51,730 nucleotides of DNA from an uncultured Bacilli bacterium (GCA_947585915.1 CANPXJ010000001.1:1-51730); one strand, 5' to 3'. Positions 17,981-27,173 are shown, numbered from the stretch's first letter. The notes: generated by a model from the letters alone, not told the origin. Translations and numbers: made by a program.

Positions 17981-18712
17981 TTATTTTTTTAACAATTTTT
18001 CAAATTCGTAATGTTCTTCACCTAAATTATTTTTATTCTCTACACTAGTATAACCAAATGGATCATTGGTTCCTGGGAAATCATAAAAATAATAATTAGA
18101 ACCATAAACATTGTAAATTTTGGTTTCATCTTTTTCATAATCAATTTGACAATCAGCATCACCCGTATTTATCATCGAAATATCACTTAAACAATCATGG
18201 CTATCAATATAACGAGGAAGAGTTCTTTTTCCTTCTATTAAAACTTGACGGACTATCTCTAAAACATCTTTTTGTAAATTGCTAGTATTATTCATATAAT
18301 AATCAGCATTAGCAAACCAACCACTATTTTTAATATAACTATATAAACTACTATAATTTTGACCATATAATTCATATCTATTAGCCATTAAAGATGCCTC
18401 AGCTGCTGAACCTTCTAGAGTATATTGCTCTTGTTGACAAAGATTTGCTATGCCTTCTAATTGCTCCATAGACATATCATAAGTAGGAGACTCAAATGTT
18501 GTTTTTTGTTCATTTTCTAAAGCTTTTTGTTCTAATTCTTCCATTTTTAGTTGAAAATTTTGATTATTTTTACTACTATTACTTTCCCCAAATTGCAATT
18601 CATTATCCAAAGATTCTTCAATATTAAAATTAAATTCAGCCTTACTAGCATTTATTGATGATATAGAAACTATAAAAGCAATCATTAAAGAAATTAATGT
18701 TTTCTTTTTCAT
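17981..18712 (-). CDS. Secreted protein with the same unknown domain as 12428-13417
   Basis: Signal peptide MKKKTLISLMIAFIVSISSINASKA. C-terminal domain shared with 12428-13417. Confidence 0.55.
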   Translation of the reverse strand: MKKKTLISLMIAFIVSISSINASKAEFNFNIEESLDNELQFGESNSSKNNQNFQLKMEELEQKALENEQKTTFESPTYDMSMEQLEGIANLCQQEQYTLEGSAAEASLMANRYELYGQNYSSLYSYIKNSGWFANADYYMNNTSNLQKDVLEIVRQVLIEGKRTLPRYIDSHDCLSDISMINTGDADCQIDYEKDETKIYNVYGSNYYFYDFPGTNDPFGYTSVENKNNLGEEHYEFEKLLKK

Positions 18713-18828
18713 TATTTAACCCCCTTAAATAGAAAAAAATCCTTGATAAGGATTTATAAAATTAACTTTTGTCTCTAACCAATCCCCATCAGTGGGATAA
18801 CTATATCATATTTACACTTGTTTGTCAA
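18713..18828 (-). promoter_or_regulatory. Promoter plus about 80-nt structured leader (copy 2 of the shared leader motif)
   Basis: Promoter TTGACA(18828-18823)-17 nt-TATAGT(18805-18800). ATGGGGATTGGTTAG at 18789-18775. Hairpin AAATCCTT/AAGGATTT at 18737-18755 with a U run, then RBS AAGGGG. Confidence 0.6.
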
Positions 18829-18845
18829 ATTGATAAAATGCTAAA

Positions 18846-19460
18846 TTAAACTAATTTTCTCTTTATTATTTTTATAAATACTACTAAATAGCAAAAAGAA
18901 ACAATAAAACCAGCGATAATATCGGAAAAATAATGCACTCCTAAATAAACTCTGCTTAAACCAATTAAACAAATAAGTAAACTTAATATAGATATTAAGG
19001 TTACTTTTAATTTCTTATTTTCAACATATCTATAAATTAAATAGATTAAAAAGCCATAAAAAGCAAAGGAAGCCATAGCGTGCCCCGAAGGACAAGAATA
19101 ACCATCTTCTTCTACTAAATGTCTAATGGAAGGACGAGGACGACAAATTAGATTTTTTAAGATAATATTTAAAATTGTAACCATAATTAAATTTAAAATA
19201 ATAAATAAGCCTACTTTCTTATTTTTTAAAACTAAAAATAACGAAATAGCTAAGAATATTAAAACATATGGTCCACCAAAATTGGTTATTACTTTAATAT
19301 AAAATAAATAACTTAAATCTATTACTCTATTTAAAAAATTATAAACATTTAAATCTATTGTTAAATAATCATATTTTTTTACCATAATTATTAGAAATAC
19401 AAATAATAACATCAAACAAATTGCTAAAATTATACTTTTATTATTTTTTATCTTTTGCAT
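18846..19460 (-). CDS. PAP2-family phosphatase (BcrC/undecaprenyl-diphosphatase-like)
   Basis: Motifs KNLICRPRP, PSGH, SRVYLGVHYFSD. Multiple TM helices. Confidence 0.75.
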   Translation of the reverse strand: MQKIKNNKSIILAICLMLLFVFLIIMVKKYDYLTIDLNVYNFLNRVIDLSYLFYIKVITNFGGPYVLIFLAISLFLVLKNKKVGLFIILNLIMVTILNIILKNLICRPRPSIRHLVEEDGYSCPSGHAMASFAFYGFLIYLIYRYVENKKLKVTLISILSLLICLIGLSRVYLGVHYFSDIIAGFIVSFCYLVVFIKIIKRKLV

Positions 19461-19548
19461 ATCATCACCTTTTTTATTATATCATTAACAAAGTAAAAAT
19501 AAATTAATAAATAAATTAATTTCTAATATAATTTATTAGGTGAAAAGT

Positions 19549-20889
19549 ATGAAGAAAAAATATTTAGGTTTAATTATTATTTGCGCAATTATTTTATTAT
19601 CAATATTTTTATTTATTAAAATGTTTATTAAAATAGACAATGATAAAGTTTATGAATTTAAAGGAATGGTTATGGGTTATAATGATAATCAGGTTTTTGT
19701 TGCGGATAAAAACAATATTATTCATTCTTTTTTAGGATGCCAAAATGTAAGTAATTTAGAAAATATTGCCATTAAATATAGTGGTTTACTAGATAAAGAA
19801 CCAGTAATTAAAAGTTGTGAAGAAATAGAGGTTAATAACGATTTATCTTTACCTAAAGAATACCAAGATGAGGGAATATTTTCTCAATATTATAAACTTG
19901 CCTATGAAACTTTAAATAAATTATCTTTAGAAGAAAAAATTGGGCAATTATTACTTGTACGCTTTCCAACTGAGGGATTAAAAGCTGAACAAAAATATAA
20001 ATTTGCGGGATTTGTTTTTTACGAAAATGATTTTAAAAACAAAGATAAAAAGAGTGTCAAGAAAATGATAAGTAATTTACAAGATGTTGCCAACATTCCT
20101 TTACTGACTGCTGTTGATGAAGAAGGTGGGAAAGTAATAAGAGTAAGCTCTAATCCTAATTTAGTTTCTTCTCCTTTTCTTTCTCCTAGTGAATTATATA
20201 ACTCTGGTGGATTTTCAGCTATCAAAGAAGATACTATAAATAAAAGTAAAATTTTAAAAGAATTAGGTTTAAATCTTAATCTATCTCCGGTTGTTGATGT
20301 TTCTACTAGTCCAAGTGATTATATCTATGATAGAACCTTAAAAAAGGATACAACTTTAGTTAAACAATATGCTGAGGACGTCATAACAAGTAGCAAAAAC
20401 ACAGGTGTATCCTACACCTTAAAACATTTCCCTGGTTATTCATCAAGTGTTGATACCCACTACTCAGCTGCTGTTAATAATGCTTCTTTTGAAAATATCA
20501 AAAAAACTAACTTACCACCATTTGAAAGTGGAATCAAAGCTGGAGCCGAAGCTGTTTTAGTAAGTCATATTATTACTGATAGTATTGATGAAGATAACCC
20601 TGCTTCTTTATCGATAAATACCCATAATTTATTACGAGATGATTTGCAATTTAGTGGTGTTATTATTAGTGATGATTTAGCGATGGGAGCCACGGCTTCT
20701 ATTGAAAATAAAGAAATTAAAGCTTTACTTGCTGGAAATGACTTATTAATAGTCACCGATTATGAAGAAGCTTTTAATAATATAAAAAAAGGTCTTGATG
20801 ATAATACTATAAGTGAAAATTTAATTAATAAATTAGCCTTTAAAGTTATAGCTTGGAAATATTATAAAGGTTTAATGTACGAAAAATAA
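19549..20889 (+). CDS. Membrane-anchored glycoside hydrolase family 3 (NagZ/YbbD-like beta-N-acetylhexosaminidase)
   Basis: Motifs DEEGGKVIRV, KHFPGYSSSVDTH, ISDDLAM. RBS AGGTGA before ATG 19549. Confidence 0.75.
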   Translation: MKKKYLGLIIICAIILLSIFLFIKMFIKIDNDKVYEFKGMVMGYNDNQVFVADKNNIIHSFLGCQNVSNLENIAIKYSGLLDKEPVIKSCEEIEVNNDLSLPKEYQDEGIFSQYYKLAYETLNKLSLEEKIGQLLLVRFPTEGLKAEQKYKFAGFVFYENDFKNKDKKSVKKMISNLQDVANIPLLTAVDEEGGKVIRVSSNPNLVSSPFLSPSELYNSGGFSAIKEDTINKSKILKELGLNLNLSPVVDVSTSPSDYIYDRTLKKDTTLVKQYAEDVITSSKNTGVSYTLKHFPGYSSSVDTHYSAAVNNASFENIKKTNLPPFESGIKAGAEAVLVSHIITDSIDEDNPASLSINTHNLLRDDLQFSGVIISDDLAMGATASIENKEIKALLAGNDLLIVTDYEEAFNNIKKGLDDNTISENLINKLAFKVIAWKYYKGLMYEK

Positions 20890-20897
20890 AAAAGCTA

Positions 20898-21482
20898 CTA
20901 ATCAGTAACTTTTTTTAAGGTTTTTATTTCACTATTGTCCATAATTTCTTTTAACTCTATAAAATGTTGTTGATACTCACTAAAGACAATATCACAATCT
21001 TCTAAAGAAAGGTAACGTGAAAATCCTATTCCTTCATTATAAGCTTGAATAAATCCTAAAGGACTTAAAAGTAAAGTTTTTTCACTATTAATTAAACTAT
21101 TATATATATTTTCAAATTCTACATATGCAGGTATATTTCTTATAGCTTGGTCTAAAGAAGTAATTTTAGTTAAATTAGTAAACATTTCTTCATAATTTTC
21201 TTTTACTATTTTTCTTTTTATTAATATATTTTTAAGATACTCTAAAGGTAATTCATTTTGTAAAATATCTTGATAAAAAGAACTAATTTTAAAATCTAAT
21301 ATTCCAAGCATATAACCAAAATATTGATATAAAGCTTCAATAATTTCTTCTTTAATTAAAACACTACTAATTTCATAAGATTGTTCATAAATTTTACTTT
21401 TTTCAATGATTTTATCTTTAGTTTTAGTTAATTTAGAAATTAATACATCTGTTTTTGTTCCCATATTCTCCCTCTTTTCCAA
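20898..21482 (-). CDS. Hypothetical protein
   Basis: 194-aa ORF with no recognisable motif. Confidence 0.4.
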   Translation of the reverse strand: MEKRENMGTKTDVLISKLTKTKDKIIEKSKIYEQSYEISSVLIKEEIIEALYQYFGYMLGILDFKISSFYQDILQNELPLEYLKNILIKRKIVKENYEEMFTNLTKITSLDQAIRNIPAYVEFENIYNSLINSEKTLLLSPLGFIQAYNEGIGFSRYLSLEDCDIVFSEYQQHFIELKEIMDNSEIKTLKKVTD

Positions 21483-21532
21483 AACTATATTATAAGTATT
21501 TTTGATTTTTTTGCAACCCCTATTTTTTCTTT

Positions 21533-22348
21533 TTAATAATCATCTAAAAAACTATGATACTCCCCATCTTTTTTAGTTCCTAAAACACAATTTAAATTAA
21601 TATTATTTAAAGCTGTAAAAATATTATGATCGACATCTTTATTTATTTTACGAAGGTTAGCAATTAAGTTTTTAATTTCTTCTCTTTTACTATTTTGTTT
21701 TATTTTATTTTCTTTGGTAAAATTGCAAGCACAGTTAATAAATTCTAAATTATTATATTTTTGCCAAGCCTTAATATCTTTTTCTTTAACCAAATATAAA
21801 GGACGAATTAATTCTAAATTAGCAAAATTATCCGATTTTAATTTAGGCATCATTGTTTTAACCTCTGCCCCATAAAGCATTGAAAGTAAAGTAGTTTCAA
21901 TAACATCATCAAAGTGATGACCTAAAGCAATTTTATTACAACCTAATTCCTGGGCTTTATTATATAAGTGGCCTCTACGCATTCTGGCACATAAATAACA
22001 TGGACTTTCTTTAGCTACTTTATCGACAACAGCAAAAATATCGCTTTTAAAAATCAAACAATCAACATTAAGTCTTTTAGCATTTTCTTTAATTTTTTGT
22101 AATATTTCTTCATCATAACCCGGGTCCATTATGACATATTTAATTTCGAAAAAAATCTTGCCATGACGTTTTAATTCTTCTAAACATTTTGCTAACAAAA
22201 AGGAGTCTTTACCACCACTTATACAAACCATAATTCTATCATTTTCTTTAATTAATTCATAATCATTAATAGATTTAACTACTCTACTCCAGATTTCTTT
22301 ACGAAATTTTTTGATAATACTTCTTTCAATTTCTTTATAATCGTTCAT
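21533..22348 (-). CDS. PP-loop ATPase, TtcA-like tRNA thiolase
   Basis: CISGGKDS PP-loop, CYLCARMRRG and GHHFDD motifs. Confidence 0.7.
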   Translation of the reverse strand: MNDYKEIERSIIKKFRKEIWSRVVKSINDYELIKENDRIMVCISGGKDSFLLAKCLEELKRHGKIFFEIKYVIMDPGYDEEILQKIKENAKRLNVDCLIFKSDIFAVVDKVAKESPCYLCARMRRGHLYNKAQELGCNKIALGHHFDDVIETTLLSMLYGAEVKTMMPKLKSDNFANLELIRPLYLVKEKDIKAWQKYNNLEFINCACNFTKENKIKQNSKREEIKNLIANLRKINKDVDHNIFTALNNINLNCVLGTKKDGEYHSFLDDY

Positions 22349-24544
22349 TTAAATCTTTCTTTCTTTTTTTAATCTTAAAGCATTTATAATAACCATCAAG
22401 CTACTAAACATCATAGCACACGAAGCCCACATTGGTCCAATTACAATATTAAAAGGTCTAAATAAACCAGTAGCTATTGGAATCATTAAAACATTATAAA
22501 AGAAGGCCCAAAATAAATTTTGTTTAATAATTTTAATAGTCTTTTTACTAATTTCCATTAAATTTAATATCTTTTTTAAATCATTATCTAAAAGAATAAC
22601 ATCAGCACATGAACTAGCTATATCTGTTCCACTGGCTAAAGATATGCCAATATCAGCTTTAGTTAAAGATGGAGCATCATTAATGCCATCGCCAATCATG
22701 ACTACTCTTTTTCCTTTTTTTTGCAACTCAGTTACGATTTTAGTTTTATCTTGTGGTAAGACGGAGGCATATACTTGGTTTATTCCTACTTCTTCAGCAA
22801 TGGCTAAAGCTGTTTTTTCATTATCACCAGATAGTAATATAGTTTCGATATTTTGCTTTTTTAATTTTTTTATTACGTCGCTTGCCTCTTTTCTTGGGGT
22901 ATCTAAAACCCCTATTAAAGCTAGGATATTATTATTTTCTACCAAGTAGATAACACTAGCATTTAAATCTAATAATTTATCTTCATCTTTTAAATAAGGA
23001 TTATCCAACTTTAATTTATTTATTAATTTCCTACTACCAACATAATAGGTTTTTTTGCTTATCTTTCCTTCAATTCCTAAACCTTCTATATTTTTAAAAG
23101 AATTAACAGGTATTAATTTTAATTTATGTTCTTGCGTATAATTTTTAAAAGCTGTCGCAATCGGATGAGTTGCTAAATTTTCTAAACTAGCTGCAATTTC
23201 AATTAGTTTATCCTGGGAATATTTACTATAATTAAAGATATGAGCTATTTTTAAATTGCCATAAGTTAAAGTTCCCGTTTTATCAAAAATTAAGGTATCA
23301 ACATGACCCATTTGTTCTAAAATAGTAGTTGATTTTACTAATATTTGTTTACTAGCACAAGTACCAATACTAACTACGGTAGCTAAAGGGGTGGCAAGTC
23401 CTAAAGCACATGGACAAGATACTAAAAGAACACTAACAAAACTCGTAAAAGAAAGAGAAAAATCTTTAGTAATTATTAAATTAATCAAAAAAGTAACAAG
23501 AGCAACAATAATAACTCCAGGGACAAATAAAGAACATATTCTATCAGCCATTTTTTCATATTTAGTCTTAGTTCCTGTAGCTTGAGCAACTAAATTAACG
23601 ATTTGCGAAATAGTCGAATTTTTTCCAATATTTAAAGCTTCATATTCAATATATCCATCGATATTTAAAGAACCAGCTAAAACTTTATCTTTGCTTTTCT
23701 TTTTAACAGGTCGCGCCTCGCCAGTGATAAAAGCTTCATCTATATGGCATTTACCTTTCGTAATTACACCATCTACAGCAATTTTCATTCCAGGTTTACA
23801 TATTAAAATATCTTTCTTTTTAACTTCATCAATTGTTATTTGCTTTTCCCCTTTTAAAAGAGCGTACTCTGGAGTAATTTGCACCAATTCACTTATAGCT
23901 TGTTTTGATTTTTCTTTTCCTTTATTATCTAAAAATCTCCCTAGCTTAATAAAATAGATAATAATACAACATGATTCAAAATAAAGATTATCAACTAACA
24001 TATAGTTGCCTTTTAAAATTAAAATAAAATGATAAACTGAATAAGTAAAGCAAGTAAGAACTCCTAAAGTTACTAAAGTATCCATATTAAAGCTTAAATG
24101 TTTTAAATTTTTAAAACCACTTTTTAAAATATCTTTACCATAAAGAAAAAAAGGACAAGTTAAAATAAGTAAACATACTGTATAATTAATAGGATTTTTA
24201 TGCATATCTAAAAAAGAAATCATAGGCATTTTTAACATACTCGCCATAGCAATATATAAAACCAAGGTAGCTAAAAAACTATAAATAATTAAATTTATTT
24301 TTGGTGTTTTATTTTTTTCGTTTTTTTTTAAGTTAAATTCGCCTAAACTTTCGAAGCCGGCTTCCGAAACGAAGTTTTCTAAATCGCTTATTTTTAAAGA
24401 ATCTTCATATTCAATTGTAGCTTGAGCCATAACTAAATTAACACTAGCCTTAATTACACCATCTTGTTTATTTAAATATTTTTCTAAACTATTAGCACAA
24501 CCACTACAACTCATTCCTTTAATACTTAATATAACTTTTTTCAT
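22349..24544 (-). CDS. copA: Copper-translocating P-type ATPase
   Basis: N-terminal HMA GMSCSGC, CPC in a TM helix, DKTGTLT, GDGINDAP. Confidence 0.9.
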   Translation of the reverse strand: MKKVILSIKGMSCSGCANSLEKYLNKQDGVIKASVNLVMAQATIEYEDSLKISDLENFVSEAGFESLGEFNLKKNEKNKTPKINLIIYSFLATLVLYIAMASMLKMPMISFLDMHKNPINYTVCLLILTCPFFLYGKDILKSGFKNLKHLSFNMDTLVTLGVLTCFTYSVYHFILILKGNYMLVDNLYFESCCIIIYFIKLGRFLDNKGKEKSKQAISELVQITPEYALLKGEKQITIDEVKKKDILICKPGMKIAVDGVITKGKCHIDEAFITGEARPVKKKSKDKVLAGSLNIDGYIEYEALNIGKNSTISQIVNLVAQATGTKTKYEKMADRICSLFVPGVIIVALVTFLINLIITKDFSLSFTSFVSVLLVSCPCALGLATPLATVVSIGTCASKQILVKSTTILEQMGHVDTLIFDKTGTLTYGNLKIAHIFNYSKYSQDKLIEIAASLENLATHPIATAFKNYTQEHKLKLIPVNSFKNIEGLGIEGKISKKTYYVGSRKLINKLKLDNPYLKDEDKLLDLNASVIYLVENNNILALIGVLDTPRKEASDVIKKLKKQNIETILLSGDNEKTALAIAEEVGINQVYASVLPQDKTKIVTELQKKGKRVVMIGDGINDAPSLTKADIGISLASGTDIASSCADVILLDNDLKKILNLMEISKKTIKIIKQNLFWAFFYNVLMIPIATGLFRPFNIVIGPMWASCAMMFSSLMVIINALRLKKERKI

Positions 24545-24555
24545 GTCATCCTCCT

Positions 24556-24831
24556 TTAATTTATTTTTTGTGTCAAATCAATTACCTCATCAATAATATC
24601 TAATTTATTATTTTTTATATCTTCAACTACACAAGTTTTAAGGTGATTTTTAAGTATTTTATGGCCTAATGCTTTTAAGGAATTATTAACAGCTGATATT
24701 TGAATGATTATATCACCACAATAACGCTCTTCCTCCACCATTTTACTTATCCCCCTAATTTGTCCTTCAATGGTCTTTAAACGATTTTGTAAATATTTCT
24801 TTTCTTCTTCACTCCGCACTTTACTTTTCAC
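24556..24831 (-). CDS. csoR: CsoR-family copper-sensing repressor
   Basis: IEGQIRGISKMVEEERYCGDIIIQISAV...H..KTC (C-H-C ligand pattern). GTG start with RBS GGTGAT. Confidence 0.85.
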   Translation of the reverse strand: MKSKVRSEEEKKYLQNRLKTIEGQIRGISKMVEEERYCGDIIIQISAVNNSLKALGHKILKNHLKTCVVEDIKNNKLDIIDEVIDLTQKIN

Positions 24832-24848
24832 TTCTAATCACCAAATTA

Positions 24849-24878
24849 ATTATAGTACCCCCTAGGGGTATTAGTCAA
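24849..24878 (-). promoter_or_regulatory. csoR-copA promoter with a CsoR operator in the spacer
   Basis: Minus strand TTGACT(24878-24873)-18 nt-TATAAT(24854-24849). The spacer carries the GC-rich pseudo-palindrome TACCCC-N3-GGGGTA (24856-24870). Confidence 0.75.
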
Positions 24879-24926
24879 GAAAATTATCTTGTTGATAAAA
24901 AACTCAAAATATGCTATATTGAATAT

Positions 24927-25037
24927 GCAAGAGATACTTGCATATAATAAAAAAGGAACAAATTAACAGTTGCATGTTAGTTGTTGCCTATATGTTTTGC
25001 TAAATCACCTAATCATGTAAAATTAGGTGATTTTTTT
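24927..25037 (+). ncRNA. Candidate small RNA, convergent with the 29-aa peptide gene (putative type I antitoxin)
   Basis: Plus-strand promoters: TTGATA(24892-24897)-17-TATATT(24915-24920), and/or TTGAAT(24919-24924)-18-TATAAT(24943-24948). Internal hairpin TATGCAAG/CTTGCATA. Ends at the 12-bp terminator plus T7 at 25002-25037. Confidence 0.35.
25002..25037. terminator. Strong hairpin shared by convergent units
   Basis: AAATCACCTAAT (25002-25013) pairs perfectly with ATTAGGTGATTT (25022-25033). T7 follows on the plus strand. On the minus strand an A7 run precedes the stem and only a short U tract follows it. Confidence 0.7.
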
Positions 25038-25125
25038 ACTTTAAGACTAAAATCAAGATGATGATAAGAATAAGTAAAAAAATTATAGTGAATAAAGAAG
25101 AGATTACCAAATCTTTCTTAGACAT
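25036..25125 (-). CDS. 29-aa hydrophobic peptide MSKKDLVISSLFTIIFLLILIIILILVLK (type I toxin-like)
   Basis: Not in the ORF track. Strong RBS AGAGGGGTGAT lies 4 nt before ATG 25125. Single TM helix with a charged N-terminus. Has its own promoter. Stop TAA at 25036-25038 abuts the terminator. Confidence 0.5.
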   Translation of the reverse strand: MSKKDLVISSLFTIIFLLILIIILILVLK

Positions 25126-25190
25126 TATATCACCCCTCTCTTCCTTAGAATTAAGAGGCAACACCTAACGTGTTAATTCATTCCACATTT

Positions 25191-25219
25191 ATTATATCGA
25201 ACAATTGTTACTATTTCAA
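25191..25219 (-). promoter_or_regulatory. Promoter of the 29-aa peptide gene
   Basis: Minus strand TTGAAA(25219-25214)-17 nt-TATAAT(25196-25191). Confidence 0.55.
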
Positions 25220-25245
25220 TGTTTTTCTTTACTTTTCGTAAAAAA

Positions 25246-26145
25246 TTATTGAGTGCTCAAATTAATATATTTGATAGCCAAATCCGCAACTAAAGCGCCA
25301 TCTGCAACTGCTGTTGTTAATTGATACAAACTCTTTTTTCGTGCATCACCAGCAACAAAAATACCTAGTGTTTTAGTCATAACATCATTATGGGTTTCGA
25401 TATAACCAAATTCATCTAAATCAACAACATTAGTAAAAATATCATTTTGTGTTTCGCCACCGATGGCTATAAATAAACCTTGAACTTTAAGATTAATAAT
25501 TTCATTATCTTTTTTTATCTCGATACTTTCTAAAGAATCATTACCATTAATTTTGGCAATATTACTATTTAAAATAAATTCCACATTTTCCTTAGATTTT
25601 AATTCTTCTATTGATTTAGAAAAAGCCCTAAATTCTTCTCTTCGATGAATTAAATATACTTTTTTACAAATTGCTGATAAATATATAGCGTCTTCTATAG
25701 CTGTATTTCCTCCTCCGACAATTGCTACTTCTTTACCTTTATAAAAGTTTCCATCACAAGTTGCACAATAAGAAATTCCTTTTCCTATTAATTTATCTTC
25801 CCCTTCAATTTCTAATTTGCGTGGTTTTTTTCCTGTTGCAATAACAATAACTTTAGCTTGGTAAGTGTCTTTAGCTGTTGTAACTTCTTTATTTTCTGTT
25901 ACCTTTAAAACTTTTTCAAACTTTATTGTAGCTCCTAAATCTTTTACTTGATTATATAAATTAGTAGCAAAATCAAAACCCGAAATACTTTTTATTCCCG
26001 GATAGTTTTCAATATTAGAAGCATTTATTATTTGACCACCATAAGCGCTAGCCTCTAATATAAGAACCTTTTTATTAGCTCGAAGAGCATATAAAGCTGT
26101 AGCAAGGCCTGATGGTCCAGCACCGATAATTATAATATCAAACAT
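25246..26145 (-). CDS. trxB: Thioredoxin reductase
   Basis: MFDIIIIGAGPSG FAD motif, CATCDG redox centre, second GGGNTA dinucleotide motif. RBS AAAGGTGAT before ATG 26145. Confidence 0.9.
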   Translation of the reverse strand: MFDIIIIGAGPSGLATALYALRANKKVLILEASAYGGQIINASNIENYPGIKSISGFDFATNLYNQVKDLGATIKFEKVLKVTENKEVTTAKDTYQAKVIVIATGKKPRKLEIEGEDKLIGKGISYCATCDGNFYKGKEVAIVGGGNTAIEDAIYLSAICKKVYLIHRREEFRAFSKSIEELKSKENVEFILNSNIAKINGNDSLESIEIKKDNEIINLKVQGLFIAIGGETQNDIFTNVVDLDEFGYIETHNDVMTKTLGIFVAGDARKKSLYQLTTAVADGALVADLAIKYINLSTQ

Positions 26146-26243
26146 AAATATCACCTTTAAAAACATTTTAGTTATTTAATAATTTAAAGTCAAGATGTAA
26201 AACTTGATTTTCCTTTAAAAACTAATTATAATTAAATTGATTT

Positions 26244-26320
26244 GTCCCCGTAGCTCAGTAGGATAGAGCAATTGCCTCCTAAGCAATAGGTCAACAGTTC
26301 GACTCTGTTCGGGGACGCCA
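26244..26320 (+). tRNA. tRNA-Arg (anticodon CCT), CCA encoded
   Basis: Folded by hand. Acceptor GTCCCCG/CGGGGAC, D arm GCTC-AGTAGGATA-GAGC, anticodon arm ATTGC-CTCCTAA-GCAAT, T arm AACAG-TTCGACT-CTGTT, 3' GCCA. Upstream promoter TTGATT-17-TATAAT. Confidence 0.9.
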
Positions 26321-26328
26321 TTTTTTTA

Positions 26329-27129
26329 TTATATATCCATTTTATAACTTATTACAAAACCAATTATAAATAATAAAAGATAATAAAAAATATTTCCTAA
26401 TATTAATTTGGGTAATAACTTTAAAAATAGATAAATTAAAGAACTTAAAGAAAAGCCAATTATTAATAAGTAGAGCTCTTCTTTTTTATTTTTTAACAAA
26501 TAATTAATTAACATACTTATTAAAATAATTCCAAGTAAAATTCCACTAAAAAATAAAAAACTTGCTAATAAATTTTTAAAAGGATTACTAAAAACATCTA
26601 AAACAAAATTATAAGCATTTAACATCATAAAAGTAGCTGTTCCACTAATTCCGGGAATAATCATCGTTGTAGCATCAATAAAACCTAATAGAATAATATA
26701 GGCATAACTTAAAATATTTGGTTTAGGTTTAAAGGGAACAGTAATTTTTAGTATTCCGATTAAATAAACAATAAATAAGGCTAAAAATAAAAATATAATA
26801 TTTCTTTTTTTCTTTAAAGTGACCTTTTTTAAAACGGAAGGGATTGTTCCGGCAATTAAACCAATAAATAACATAATCGTAAAATCATAATAATTATTTA
26901 ATAAATATATTAGGAGGTTAGAAAAAAGTAAAATTGAAATGACTATGCCTATACCTAAGTAACTTAAAAATAAAATATTTTTTTTTAAATTATTTTTAAA
27001 ATTAGTAATAGCATTTATAGCATCTTCATAAACTCCTAAAGAAAAGGCTAACATACTGCCACTAACTCCAGGAATTATTTTACCTAGACCAATTATTATT
27101 CCTTTTAAAGTAAGTTTGATATTTTGCAT
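26329..27129 (-). CDS. DUF368-family polytopic membrane protein (polyprenyl-phosphate transporter family)
   Basis: Duplicated IPGVSGS / IPGISGT motifs and about 8 TM helices. Confidence 0.65.
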   Translation of the reverse strand: MQNIKLTLKGIIIGLGKIIPGVSGSMLAFSLGVYEDAINAITNFKNNLKKNILFLSYLGIGIVISILLFSNLLIYLLNNYYDFTIMLFIGLIAGTIPSVLKKVTLKKKRNIIFLFLALFIVYLIGILKITVPFKPKPNILSYAYIILLGFIDATTMIIPGISGTATFMMLNAYNFVLDVFSNPFKNLLASFLFFSGILLGIILISMLINYLLKNKKEELYLLIIGFSLSSLIYLFLKLLPKLILGNIFYYLLLFIIGFVISYKMDI

Positions 27130-27173
27130 ATCTTCACCCTTTAAATTTTATTTAAAAAAGAGTCTTTATATGC

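Noticed and set aside
22644-23957. Plus-strand ORFs 22644-22949, 23391-23585 and 23691-23957, all inside copA.
   Set aside because: They are antisense to a well-supported P-type ATPase gene, have low-complexity products and lack an RBS. The same reasoning applies to 1175-1405, 1827-2051, 6816-7031, 10907-11101, 20019-20225, 20565-20756, 28079-28267, 32957-33160, 43759-43959 and 45692-45886.
26244-26320. The stand-alone tRNA-Arg(CCT), considered as an integration hotspot marking an island boundary.
   Set aside because: I could not find a partial tRNA 3'-end direct repeat nearby. The flanking genes (trxB, DUF368, leuS) look like core genes.
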